Below, piece by piece: positions 26,315-34,827 of a stretch of 64,000 nucleotides of DNA. Position 1 is the first letter of the stretch. Every line of letters starts with the position of its first letter. The notes under the pieces were generated by a model. It was not told where the DNA came from, did no database searches, and was given only the letters and a program-made list of their open reading frames with translations. Source of the DNA: Candidatus Micrarchaeota archaeon (lineage in GTDB: Archaea > Micrarchaeota > Micrarchaeia > Anstonellales > Bilamarchaeaceae); the NCBI GenBank assembly GCA_032123335.1, contig JAQBFN010000012.1, positions 91 to 64,090 of the forward strand, written 5' to 3'. The position numbers were made by a program, and so were the translations under genes.

Positions 26315-27046
26315 ATGGGAAAGAGACTAAAACCACAGAGAAGGGGAAGCGGAACGTCAAAGTACCGCGCTCCAAAGAAGAGATTTAAGGTAGACCTCAA
26401 ATTCAGGACTTATGATGATGTGGAAAAGACCGGAGTAATCAGGGGGCAGGTTGTGGACTTCGTGGATGACCCGGCAAGGAACGCGCTCCTCATGAAAGTA
26501 AAATATGATAATAATGAAGAAGGGCACCTGATTGCACCTGAAGGAATCTGCGTAGGAGACTATGTGGAACTTGGGGTACAGGCAAAGGTTGCGTTCGGCA
26601 ATGTGCTTCCATTGTATAGGATTCCTGAAGGGACCGCAGTGTACAATGTGGAGAAGACTCCGGGGGATGGGGGCAAATTCATCAGGTCTCCGGGCACATC
26701 CGGAACCATTATTGCAAGGGAAGGCTCGGTTGTTTCAATCAAGCTTCCAAGCAAGAAAACAATTAACATTTCTTCCGAATCAAGGGCACAGGTAGGCATA
26801 GTTAACGGAGGCGGGCTCAAGGAGAAACCGCTTATGAAGGCAGGTACTGCACACTACAAGCACAGGGCAAGGAGCACCCACATCTGGCCAAAGGTCAGGG
26901 GTGTGGCAATGAGTGCATACAACCACCCTCACGGAGGAAAGCAGCATCATGCTGGTAAGCCTACAACTGTGGCGCGCGGAACGCCGCCCGGAGGTAAGGT
27001 TGGGCACATCGCCGCCAAGAGGACCGGGCGGAAGGCCAAAGGGTGA
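26315..27046 (+). CDS. rpl2: Ribosomal protein uL2
   Basis: C-terminal GVAMSAYNHPHGGKQHHAGKPTTV. Confidence 0.95.
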   Translation: MGKRLKPQRRGSGTSKYRAPKKRFKVDLKFRTYDDVEKTGVIRGQVVDFVDDPARNALLMKVKYDNNEEGHLIAPEGICVGDYVELGVQAKVAFGNVLPLYRIPEGTAVYNVEKTPGDGGKFIRSPGTSGTIIAREGSVVSIKLPSKKTINISSESRAQVGIVNGGGLKEKPLMKAGTAHYKHRARSTHIWPKVRGVAMSAYNHPHGGKQHHAGKPTTVARGTPPGGKVGHIAAKRTGRKAKG

Positions 27047-27050
27047 ATGA

Positions 27051-27449
27051 ATGGTTAAGAAAGAACTTTTCAGAGGCATGGAAGAAAACCAGGCCAAGGA
27101 TATGAGCGTTGAGGAATTCCTTCCTCTGCTTACCTCAAGGGAGAGGAGGACCATGAAGAGGGTCAACCAGAACCCAAGGCTGAAGAAGCTCATTGAAACG
27201 GTGAGGCAAATAAAGAAGGAAAACCCGAAGAAGGTAATCAAGACCCACATAAGGGAAGCGGTTGTGCTCCCCGAATGGATTGGGCTTACCTTTGGAGTGT
27301 ACAATGGAAAAGAGTTCAAGAATGTTGAGATTACTGTGAAACACCTTGGGAAGAGGCTTGGTGAGTTTGCGCACAGCACCGGAAGGGTTATGCACTCCGG
27401 TCCTGGTGTGGGAGCTACCAGGGGTTCAAAGTTCGTGCCCCTCAAGTAG
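27051..27449 (+). CDS. rps19: Ribosomal protein uS19
   Basis: GLTFGVYNGKEFKNVEITVKHLGKRLGEFAHS. Confidence 0.95.
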   Translation: MVKKELFRGMEENQAKDMSVEEFLPLLTSRERRTMKRVNQNPRLKKLIETVRQIKKENPKKVIKTHIREAVVLPEWIGLTFGVYNGKEFKNVEITVKHLGKRLGEFAHSTGRVMHSGPGVGATRGSKFVPLK

Positions 27450-27457
27450 GTGATATC

Positions 27458-28252
27458 ATGTCATATACATATAATATTGGGAATGAAGCTGACTTTGCAA
27501 AGGCAAGGATTGAGGATGTCAACGCTTCATACAAGGACCTTACTGAGGTCTGCCATAATATTAGGAGGAGGCCGGCAGAGATGGCGGTGCAGATCCTTGA
27601 GGATGCAAAGGCAAAGAAGAGGCCGATAAAGTACCGCTCTCACAATACGAGGATGGCGCACAGGAAGGAACTCCAGGGACAGAAGGGCAGGTGGCCCGTG
27701 AAGTGCGTGGGGATTGTGCTCAAGTGCCTTGAGTCTGCGATTGCGAATGCAAAGGAGAAGGGATTGAGTGAAGAGTTGATTGTGGTACATGCATCTGCGA
27801 ACAAAAAGTTCTCACACATGAGGTATTCTTCCAAGGGAAGGAGAAACACTTCCAAGCTTGAAACTGCTCGTGTTGAAATTGTATTAAAGGAGAAGGTTGA
27901 AGGCAAGAAAAAGCGGGTTGAAGAAGAGGCGAAAGCTGCTGAAGATAAAAAGAAGCTGGATGCTGCAAAGAAGGCAGAGGAAGCGAAGAAGGCGGCTGAA
28001 GCAAAGGAGATTAAGCCTGCGCCTGAAAAGGCTGCGGCTGCAAAACCTGTTGCTGAACCTAAGAAGGAAGAGGCAACGCCTGCAGAGAAGCCGGTGGAAA
28101 AGCCAAAGGAAGTTCCGAAGGCAACACCTAAGGTTGAAGCAAAACCTGCTCCGAAAAAAGAGGAGAAGCCTCCTGAAAAGAAGGCTGAACCTCCGAAAGA
28201 GGAACCTAAAAAAGAGGCTCCGAAGACCTCTGAAAAGAACGAGGTGGCATGA
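27458..28252 (+). CDS. rpl22: Ribosomal protein uL22 with a ~110-aa K/E/A/P-rich C-terminal extension
   Basis: The L22 core occupies the first ~150 aa. The tail reads KKRVEEEAKAAEDKKKLDAAKKAEEAKKAAEAKEIKPAPEKAAAAKP... Confidence 0.9.
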   Translation: MSYTYNIGNEADFAKARIEDVNASYKDLTEVCHNIRRRPAEMAVQILEDAKAKKRPIKYRSHNTRMAHRKELQGQKGRWPVKCVGIVLKCLESAIANAKEKGLSEELIVVHASANKKFSHMRYSSKGRRNTSKLETARVEIVLKEKVEGKKKRVEEEAKAAEDKKKLDAAKKAEEAKKAAEAKEIKPAPEKAAAAKPVAEPKKEEATPAEKPVEKPKEVPKATPKVEAKPAPKKEEKPPEKKAEPPKEEPKKEAPKTSEKNEVA

Positions 28253-29067
28253 TGACAATTGAAGGAAAATTCATAGATGACCCGATTGAAAAGTACAAGG
28301 TCATGAAGTTCCTGGAAGAGGAGCTTGACCGCGCAGGAGTTGCGAGCATTGAAATCCAGAGGACTCCAGTAGTCACAAGGATTGCAATTGAGGTTCTCAA
28401 CCCGGGAAGAGTAATTGGAAAGAAGGGAAAGACCATTAACATGCTTACTGAAACCCTCAAGAAAAAGTTCAAGCTGGACAACCCGCAAATCAGCGTGGTT
28501 GAAGTGAAGAACCCTACCCTTGAGCCCATGCTTGTAGCGAAAAAGGCAGCAAAATACATCGAGATGGGAAAGAAAGTGAGGGCAGTTCTGCACTTCCTGC
28601 TCAAGGACATCATGAGGAATGGTGCGCTTGGGGCAGAGATTGTAGCTGCAGGAAAAATCGGCGCAAAGGGCGCAAGAAGCAAGAGCCTCAGGGTTGCTGA
28701 TGGATACCTTCCAAAGGCAGGAGAGCCTGCGAGGCTTGTAGATGAAGCTCATGTTTCCGCAAACACAAAATCCGGAGTTATCGGGGTTCTGGTGAGGATT
28801 GCTCCTCCTGGCACCGTGTTCCCGGATAAACCTGAAAACGCTGTCTTTGAGTCCCGCCTGATGCAGGATGAGAGGTATGTGAAAACCGAAAGGAGGGAAT
28901 ATAGGGGAAGGAGAGAAGGCGGCGGAGGGGGATACGGCAACAGAAGGTATCCTCCGCGCGGCGGAGACAGGGGAAGGCCTGGACAGCCTGCGGAAAAGCC
29001 AAAGGAGGCTCCAAAGACTGAAGCAAAGCCTGCCCCAAAAGAGGAAAAACCCAAGGAGGCGAAATAG
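28249..29067 (+). CDS. rps3: Ribosomal protein uS3 with an RGG/Pro-Lys-rich C-terminal extension
   Basis: KH-domain core followed by the tail RREGGGGGYGNRRYPPRGGDRGRPGQPAEKPKEAPKTEAKPAPKEEKPKEAK. Confidence 0.9.
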   Translation: MMTIEGKFIDDPIEKYKVMKFLEEELDRAGVASIEIQRTPVVTRIAIEVLNPGRVIGKKGKTINMLTETLKKKFKLDNPQISVVEVKNPTLEPMLVAKKAAKYIEMGKKVRAVLHFLLKDIMRNGALGAEIVAAGKIGAKGARSKSLRVADGYLPKAGEPARLVDEAHVSANTKSGVIGVLVRIAPPGTVFPDKPENAVFESRLMQDERYVKTERREYRGRREGGGGGYGNRRYPPRGGDRGRPGQPAEKPKEAPKTEAKPAPKEEKPKEAK

Positions 29068-29247
29068 ATGGCAGTGTATAAAATGTCTGAGCTCAGGGGA
29101 TTGACCGAGGCGGAAATTGAAAAGAAGCTCGAGGAGCTTAACCTTGCGTTGCTTGAAGAAGGGAATGAGAACCCGAAAAAGAACAGGCAGATACGGAAGG
29201 CAATTGCGAGAATACTCACGCTTAAGAATGAAAAGAAAAAAGCATAA
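29068..29247 (+). CDS. rpl29: Ribosomal protein uL29
   Basis: My translation gives MAVYKMSELRGLTEAEIEKKLEELNLALLEEG...RILTLKNEKKKA (59 aa), below the ORF-track cutoff. Confidence 0.85.
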   Translation: MAVYKMSELRGLTEAEIEKKLEELNLALLEEGNENPKKNRQIRKAIARILTLKNEKKKA

Positions 29248-29261
29248 AAGAGGTAAATAAA

Positions 29262-29567
29262 TTGGCAGAAATATGTCAGAAATGTGGTATGATAAAGGAT
29301 CTCTGCGCTTGCGAGATTCTGGATAAGGAAGAAGTAACCAAGATCCGGGTGCACGTCACCAAGGCGAAGTTCAAGAAGCTGGTGACAGTGGTTGAAGGCA
29401 TCGACAAGAACCGGTTGTCCGAAGCGGCAAAATCCCTGAAGAACGCCCTTGCATGCGGCGGGAGCGCAAAAGAAGGCGCGATCGTGCTGCAGGGGAATCA
29501 CAAGAGGAAAATGAAGGCCATTCTTGTGAAGATGGGATACCCCGGGGAAAACATCGAAGTTGAGTAG
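29262..29567 (+). CDS. Translation initiation factor aIF1 (SUI1)
   Basis: KIRVHVTKAKFKKLVTVVEGID...LACGGSAKEGAIVLQGNHKRKM. Apparent TTG start. Confidence 0.85.
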   Translation: MAEICQKCGMIKDLCACEILDKEEVTKIRVHVTKAKFKKLVTVVEGIDKNRLSEAAKSLKNALACGGSAKEGAIVLQGNHKRKMKAILVKMGYPGENIEVE

Positions 29568-29876
29568 ATGGAGCACCGAACCGGGGAACGGAATGAGCCG
29601 GTGAGGGCTGTGGCTGCGAGGTCACTCAACTTAATCGGGGAATTCATTGGGAAGGACCTGGTGGTGCTGGAAAGCGCTGCTGAAAGCTTTCTGGGTGCTA
29701 ACGGAAAAATAGTGGATGAAACCAAGAACACCTTCGTGATTGAAGCGCACGGAACCGAGAAAAGGGTTCCGAAAAAAGGATGCGTTTTCGAGATTGAGGG
29801 GAAGAAGGTTCGTGGTGATGAAATAATGTTCAGGGCCGAAGACCGGCCGAGAAAACTCAGGAAAAAAATAAGGTGA
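29568..29876 (+). CDS. rnp1: RNase P protein component 1 (Rpp29/Pop4)
   Basis: LIGEFIGKDLVVLESAAESFLGANGKIVDETKNTFVIE. It sits in the canonical position between L29/SUI1 and S17. Confidence 0.8.
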   Translation: MEHRTGERNEPVRAVAARSLNLIGEFIGKDLVVLESAAESFLGANGKIVDETKNTFVIEAHGTEKRVPKKGCVFEIEGKKVRGDEIMFRAEDRPRKLRKKIR

Positions 29877-29880
29877 TGAT

Positions 29881-30183
29881 ATGGCTGAAGAAAAAGGCAA
29901 CAAGCAGAAAAGACCTATCTCCGTACGGGGAGCAAGGCTGGTGGGCAGAGTTGTCAGCGACAAGAATAAGAAGACCGTCGTGGTCGAAAGGGATGTTACA
30001 AAGAAAATTAGCAAGTACAAGAGGATGGCAAGGGGAAGGTCTAGGATCCAGGCCCACAACCCTGATGAGATTGGAGCCAAGGTTGGCGACACCGTCAGGA
30101 TTGGGGAAACCAGGAAAATCAGCAAAACCAAGTCATGGACTGTGCTTGAGATCATCTCAAAGGCTGAAAAGGTGGAAGCATGA
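29881..30183 (+). CDS. rps17: Ribosomal protein uS17
   Basis: GRVVSDKNKKTVVVERD...VGDTVRIGETRKISKTKSW. Confidence 0.9.
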   Translation: MAEEKGNKQKRPISVRGARLVGRVVSDKNKKTVVVERDVTKKISKYKRMARGRSRIQAHNPDEIGAKVGDTVRIGETRKISKTKSWTVLEIISKAEKVEA

Positions 30184-30578
30184 AAGGATTGGGCTCACAT
30201 ATTCCAAAGACGCTTACGCTGGGAAGCCGGCTGCTGTGCAGTGACAACTCGGGCGCAAAGCTCGTAGGAATCATCGGTGTTGTCGGATACAAGGGTGTGC
30301 GCGGAAGGAACCCGAAGGCGGGAGTGGGAGATGTTATCATTGCCTCGGTGAAGAAAGGAAAGCCGGATATGGTGAAGAAGAAAGTGAAGGCGGTAATCAT
30401 CAGGCAGAAGAAAGAGCTGAGGAGGCCCAACGGTATGAGGGTGAGCTTTGAAGATAACGCATGCGTGCTCGTGAATGATGACATGCTCCCGATTGGAACC
30501 GAGATCAAGGGAGTTGTTGCAAAGGAGATTTCAGAAAGGCACCCCAAGGTGGCTGCAATAGCGCCTGGAGTGGTTTGA
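30180..30578 (+). CDS. rpl14: Ribosomal protein uL14
   Basis: LCSDNSGAKLVGIIGV...IIRQKKELRRPNG. Confidence 0.95.
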   Translation: MKGLGSHIPKTLTLGSRLLCSDNSGAKLVGIIGVVGYKGVRGRNPKAGVGDVIIASVKKGKPDMVKKKVKAVIIRQKKELRRPNGMRVSFEDNACVLVNDDMLPIGTEIKGVVAKEISERHPKVAAIAPGVV

Positions 30579-30588
30579 GGGGATATTC

Positions 30589-30936
30589 ATGAAAAGAAGG
30601 AGAGAAAGAAGGAAGAAGTATTCCGGAAAGCTGCACAAAACGAGGGCATTCCTCAGGGTGCATGTTGCAAAAGAGCTCAAGGACAGTGCAAAGATTGCGA
30701 AGAGGGCTGTGCTTGTGAACAAGGGAGACACCGTAACCGTGATGCGCGGAGCGCATAAGGGAAAGAATGTAAAGGTGCAGAAGGTGAGCCACATAAAGGG
30801 CCTCGTCTACCTTGAAGGGGTTACTGCAAGGAATGCAAGGGGAGTTGAAAACATGGCTCCGTTCCAGCCTTCAAATCTCAAGCTTACTGCTCTCAAGGAG
30901 AGCGCATACAGGAAGAAGTTCATGAAGGGTGAATAA
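30589..30936 (+). CDS. rpl24: Ribosomal protein uL24
   Basis: KOW motif GDTVTVMRGAHKGKNVKV. Confidence 0.9.
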   Translation: MKRRRERRKKYSGKLHKTRAFLRVHVAKELKDSAKIAKRAVLVNKGDTVTVMRGAHKGKNVKVQKVSHIKGLVYLEGVTARNARGVENMAPFQPSNLKLTALKESAYRKKFMKGE

Positions 30937-30937
30937 G

Positions 30938-31630
30938 ATGGCGAAAAGAGGAAGGAAATGTCACACTAAAAGAATCGCAGTGCCAAAAGCAGTGCCAATC
31001 CACAACAAGAAAGCAGAGGTTTGGATTGCGAACACAAGCCCTGGCCCACATGGGAAAAAGAAGAGCATGTCCCTGGTTGTATTGCTTAGGGAAGTGCTTG
31101 GGGTTGCTGAGAATTCCAAGGAAGTAAAAGTGATCCTGAACGATAGGAAAGTGCTCGTGGACGGTGTTGCAAGAACGGACCACAAGTTCCCGGTAGGGTT
31201 CATGGACATTGTTTCCATGCCTGTGGCCGATGCATATTATAGGATAGGCGTGAACCGGGGAAAGCTTGTACCTGAGAAGCTTGAGAAAGAAAAGAGTGAA
31301 GTGAAATTGCTCAAGGTTACCGGGAAAAGCGTGCTTAAGGGAAACAAGATCAGCATAGCGCTCCATGATGGAAGGAACCTGCTTGCAGACAATAATGTGA
31401 AAGTAGGGGACACCATTGAATTTGATTTGAAGGGGAAGAAACTGGCAAAGCTCCATAAATTCGGGAAGGGTGCAAAATGCATAATCACGGATGGGAAGCA
31501 CTCCGGTGCAAACGTGGTTGTGGAGGAAATCTACCCGAATAATGAGGGGAGGCCGGCGGAGGCGCTCGTAAGCGCTGGGGAAGAGAGCTTCAGAACGCTT
31601 GCAAGCTACCTCTTTGTAATGGGTGGGTGA
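30938..31630 (+). CDS. rps4e: Ribosomal protein eS4
   Basis: MAKRGRKCHTKRIAVPK... The ATG at 30938 is preferred over the GTG at 30929. Confidence 0.9.
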   Translation: MAKRGRKCHTKRIAVPKAVPIHNKKAEVWIANTSPGPHGKKKSMSLVVLLREVLGVAENSKEVKVILNDRKVLVDGVARTDHKFPVGFMDIVSMPVADAYYRIGVNRGKLVPEKLEKEKSEVKLLKVTGKSVLKGNKISIALHDGRNLLADNNVKVGDTIEFDLKGKKLAKLHKFGKGAKCIITDGKHSGANVVVEEIYPNNEGRPAEALVSAGEESFRTLASYLFVMGG

Positions 31631-31631
31631 A

Positions 31632-32150
31632 ATGGCAGAAAAAGAAAACCCAATGAGGGAGATTGTAATTGACAAGGTTACCGTGAACATGGGAATCGGA
31701 GAGCCGGGTGAGCCTTTGGAAAAGGCGAAGAATTTGCTTGAGGCGCTTACTGAGAATACTGTTGTGGAAACGAAGGCAAGGGACAGGAACCCTACATTCA
31801 AGCTCAGGAAGGGCATGCCCATTGGGGTAAAGACTACCCTGAGGGGGAAGAAAGCTGTGGAGTTCATTACAAAAGCGCTCGCAGCAAAAAAGAAGGTGCT
31901 TAAGGAATCAAACTTTGATGAACGGGGCAATTTCTCATTCGGGATTAAGGAGTACATTGATTTCCCGGGAGCGAAATATGACCCCACAATCGGGATGCTT
32001 GGGTTTGATGTTTGCGTAACTCTTATCAGGAGAGGAGAGAGAGTAAAAAGGAGGACCCTCAAGACCGCAAAGGTAGGGAAGAAGCACATCCTTACCAAAG
32101 AGGAAGGGGTTGAGTTTGCAAAGAGCAGGTTTGATGCTATTATGGAGTGA
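31632..32150 (+). CDS. rpl5: Ribosomal protein uL5
   Basis: NPMREIVIDKVTVNMGIGE... ATG at 31632. Confidence 0.9.
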   Translation: MAEKENPMREIVIDKVTVNMGIGEPGEPLEKAKNLLEALTENTVVETKARDRNPTFKLRKGMPIGVKTTLRGKKAVEFITKALAAKKKVLKESNFDERGNFSFGIKEYIDFPGAKYDPTIGMLGFDVCVTLIRRGERVKRRTLKTAKVGKKHILTKEEGVEFAKSRFDAIME

Positions 32151-32154
32151 TCAT

Positions 32155-32313
32155 ATGGCTAAAGTTCCAATAGATGAAAAATTTAAGGGAAAAGGAAAGC
32201 GAAAATGCAGGATCTGCGGAACCGCAAAAGCGGTAATCAGGAAGTACAAGCTGTGCATATGCAGAAGGTGCTTCAGGGAAGTCGGTGAATCCATCGGCTT
32301 CAGGCAGTACTAG
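32155..32313 (+). CDS. rps14: Ribosomal protein uS14 (zinc-ribbon type)
   Basis: MAKVPIDEKFKGKGKRKCRICGTAKAVIRKYKLCICRRCFRE. Confidence 0.9.
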   Translation: MAKVPIDEKFKGKGKRKCRICGTAKAVIRKYKLCICRRCFREVGESIGFRQY

Positions 32314-32322
32314 GTGATGATT

Positions 32323-32709
32323 ATGTCAATAGACCTTTTGGGAGACGCGATGAACACAATCAAGACCCACGAGATTGCGGGTGTGGAAGAGTGTACTGTG
32401 CGCGCATCAAAGATGGTGGGCGAGATACTCAAGCTTTTCAAGGAGCACGGGTATGTGAAAAAATTCGAGTTCGTGGACAACGGGAAGGGCGGCTACTACA
32501 AAGTAGTACTCGGCGGTTTCATAAACAACTGCGGAGTAATCAAGCCCAGGGTCCCTGTAAAGAGGGACGAATGGGCAAAAGTAGAGCAGATGCACATCCC
32601 CGGAGTAGGGGTGGGGCTGATTGTGGTTTCCACATCCCAGGGAGTGGTCACGAACCAGGAAGCCCAGGAAAAGCAGATTGGCGGAAGACTGCTTGCATTT
32701 GTATATTAG
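32323..32709 (+). CDS. rps8: Ribosomal protein uS8
   Basis: MSIDLLGDAMNTIKTHE...GGRLLAFVY. The start could also be 32314 or 32317. Confidence 0.9.
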   Translation: MSIDLLGDAMNTIKTHEIAGVEECTVRASKMVGEILKLFKEHGYVKKFEFVDNGKGGYYKVVLGGFINNCGVIKPRVPVKRDEWAKVEQMHIPGVGVGLIVVSTSQGVVTNQEAQEKQIGGRLLAFVY

Positions 32710-32731
32710 TGATATTAACGATGTGATTTAG

Positions 32732-33229
32732 ATGATAGAGGTAAAAATACCTGCAGGTGTGACCGTTGCTGTTGAAGGAGTCAAAGTAACGGCCAGCGGA
32801 CCCAACGGGTCCGTTGTGAGAGAGTTCAAAGGAACAATCCTTGACCTCAAGCTCGAAGGCGACACCCTTATAGTAAATGGAAAGGGAAAGGCAATCGAGA
32901 ACACCGTAAGGGCCCACCTCACCAACATATTCAAAGGTGTGACGGAGGGCTTTACGAGCAAGATGAGGATAAGGTTCGCGCACTTCCCGATTAGCCTGGA
33001 AGTGAAGGGAAAGGACATTTTCATCAAGAACTTCCTGGGAGAAAGGAAAGCGAGAAAGACCAAGGTGCACGGGAATGCAAAGGTCGAAGTGAAGGGGCAG
33101 GAGATATTTATTTCCAGCCCGAACAAGGAAGCAGTGGGCCAGACCGTGGCGAACATCAGGAAAACCACGACGGTCAAGGGCTACGACTGCAGGATATTCC
33201 AGGATGGAATCTACCCGGTGAAGGAGTGA
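32732..33229 (+). CDS. rpl6: Ribosomal protein uL6
   Basis: Sequence and cluster order. Confidence 0.9.
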   Translation: MIEVKIPAGVTVAVEGVKVTASGPNGSVVREFKGTILDLKLEGDTLIVNGKGKAIENTVRAHLTNIFKGVTEGFTSKMRIRFAHFPISLEVKGKDIFIKNFLGERKARKTKVHGNAKVEVKGQEIFISSPNKEAVGQTVANIRKTTTVKGYDCRIFQDGIYPVKE

Positions 33230-33239
33230 GGTGAAGTTC

Positions 33240-33659
33240 ATGGCTGAAAAAACTGAAACTAAAAAGGCACCTGCGAAGGCAGCGCCCAAGCAGAAAAAGA
33301 TTTCCGTGAAAAAGAAATCCAAGAAGAAATTCACTGTGCCGAATACTACCGGGCACAAGAGAATGAAGAGCGTCAAGCCAAGGTGGAGAAAGCAGACCGG
33401 GATTGACAACAAGAAAAGAATCAGGAAAGCATTCATGGGAAAGTGCCCGCGCGTAGGGAACAAGAACTCAGAAGATGTGCGCGGATTGCACCCACTTGGG
33501 CTCCAGGAGATCCTTGTGAACAACGTGAAGGAACTTGAAGGGGCTGAGAGAGTGCTCGTGAGAATTGCTTCAACGGTGGGCAAGAGGAAGAAGGCCGACA
33601 TTGTTGCAAAGGCAAAGGAGCTGAATCTCAGGATTCTTAACGAAGGGGTGAAAAAATGA
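33240..33659 (+). CDS. rpl32e: Ribosomal protein eL32 with a Lys/Ala-rich N-terminal extension
   Basis: KPRWRKQTGIDNKKRIRKAFMGKCPRVG. Confidence 0.85.
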   Translation: MAEKTETKKAPAKAAPKQKKISVKKKSKKKFTVPNTTGHKRMKSVKPRWRKQTGIDNKKRIRKAFMGKCPRVGNKNSEDVRGLHPLGLQEILVNNVKELEGAERVLVRIASTVGKRKKADIVAKAKELNLRILNEGVKK

Positions 33660-34243
33660 CTGCTATTACTGTGAAGAGGCTGGCTGCAGATATTCTGAAA
33701 GTGGGGCAGAACAGGATCAGGATAAAGAAGGGAGAAAAAGTACGCGCAATGGAATCACTTACACGGGAGGACGTTCGCGGGCTCATAGAGGATGGTGCAG
33801 TTTACGGCATCAGGAAGGTTGGGCCGAGAACCAAGCCCCCAAGGAAGAAGAAAGGAACCGGAAAGAGGAGAGGAAAGAAATACTCCAGAAAGGGCAAGAA
33901 AGAGGGCTGGATGGAGAGAGTCCGCTCCCAGAGGAAATACCTTGAGGAGATGCTCAAGAGTGGTGAAGTTCCTGCGGAATACAAGAGGAAAGTTTACCTT
34001 AAGATTAAGGGTGGCTCGTTCAAGGGGAAGAAAGCACTTCGTACATACCTTATAGAGAACGAGATGTATGTGGAAAAGGCGAAAGCGGAAGTGAAGAAGG
34101 TGGAGGAAAAAACACCTGCGATCAAGAAAGCTGCGCTCAAAAAGGAGACACCTGCAAAAAAGGCACCGGCTAAGAAACCGGTAAACACGTCCCGAGACTC
34201 GGCAAAGGAAAGCGAATCTCGGAATGTGAAAAAGGAAGAGTGA
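33656..34243 (+). CDS. rpl19e: Ribosomal protein eL19 with a Lys/Ala/Pro-rich C-terminal extension
   Basis: VKRLAADILKVGQNRIRI...GTGKRRGKKYSR. The tail reads EKTPAIKKAALKKETPAKKAPAKKP. Confidence 0.9.
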   Translation: MTAITVKRLAADILKVGQNRIRIKKGEKVRAMESLTREDVRGLIEDGAVYGIRKVGPRTKPPRKKKGTGKRRGKKYSRKGKKEGWMERVRSQRKYLEEMLKSGEVPAEYKRKVYLKIKGGSFKGKKALRTYLIENEMYVEKAKAEVKKVEEKTPAIKKAALKKETPAKKAPAKKPVNTSRDSAKESESRNVKKEE

Positions 34244-34247
34244 TCAT

Positions 34248-34823
34248 ATGGCTAAAGCAAAAGGACCTACATATGTTGTCCCGTTCAGGAGAAGGAAATC
34301 CAAATCTACTAACTATGCAAAGAGGCTTGCGCTGGTTAAATCCGGAAAGCCGAGGCTGGTTGTTAGGAGGAGCAATAAGCATGTGATTGTGCAGCTTGTG
34401 GAATTCGATCCCTCCGGGGATAAAATACTCGTGTCTGTTAACTCCAAGAACCTCAATAAGTTCAAGTGGGCTTCAAGAAGGAACCTGCCAACCGCATACC
34501 TTGCGGGATTCTACGCGGGCATGCTCGGGAAAAAGGCGGGTGTGAAGGAGTTTATTCTGGATGTCGGGCTCGTGCCCCCTGTTGTGGGTGGACTGCCATT
34601 CGCTGCGCAGAAAGGCGCGATGGATGCAGGGCTTACAAGCCCACACGGAGAGAATATTGTGGATGAAGGAAGGGTGAAAGGAGCACACATTGAGGCGCTC
34701 GCAAACTCGCTTTCCGAAGCAGATTACAAGAAGAGGTTTTCTTCATACTTGAAAGAGGGCTTTGACCCGAAAAAGTTCACTTCGCTGTTTGAGAGTGCGA
34801 AGGAAGCAATGGGCAAGGAGTGA
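34248..34823 (+). CDS. rpl18: Ribosomal protein uL18
   Basis: RLVVRRSNKHVIVQLV...AYLAGFYAG. Confidence 0.9.
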   Translation: MAKAKGPTYVVPFRRRKSKSTNYAKRLALVKSGKPRLVVRRSNKHVIVQLVEFDPSGDKILVSVNSKNLNKFKWASRRNLPTAYLAGFYAGMLGKKAGVKEFILDVGLVPPVVGGLPFAAQKGAMDAGLTSPHGENIVDEGRVKGAHIEALANSLSEADYKKRFSSYLKEGFDPKKFTSLFESAKEAMGKE

Positions 34824-34827
34824 TCAT

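Noticed and set aside
27640-28752. 370-aa minus-strand ORF, together with ORFs 27884..28258 (minus strand), 27897..28262 (plus strand) and 27720..28004 (minus strand)
   Set aside because: They are products of the purine-rich low-complexity DNA encoding the L22 tail and the start of S3. Their translations are low-complexity (S/F/A or R/L/K runs), and they are antisense or out of frame to well-supported ribosomal genes.
30920-32098. 392-aa minus-strand ORF
   Set aside because: It is antisense to rps4e and rpl5, which have unmistakable ribosomal sequences. It shows no motifs and has a typical shadow-ORF composition.
32648-33601. 317-aa minus-strand ORF
   Set aside because: It is antisense to rpl6 and rpl32e, so it is a shadow ORF.
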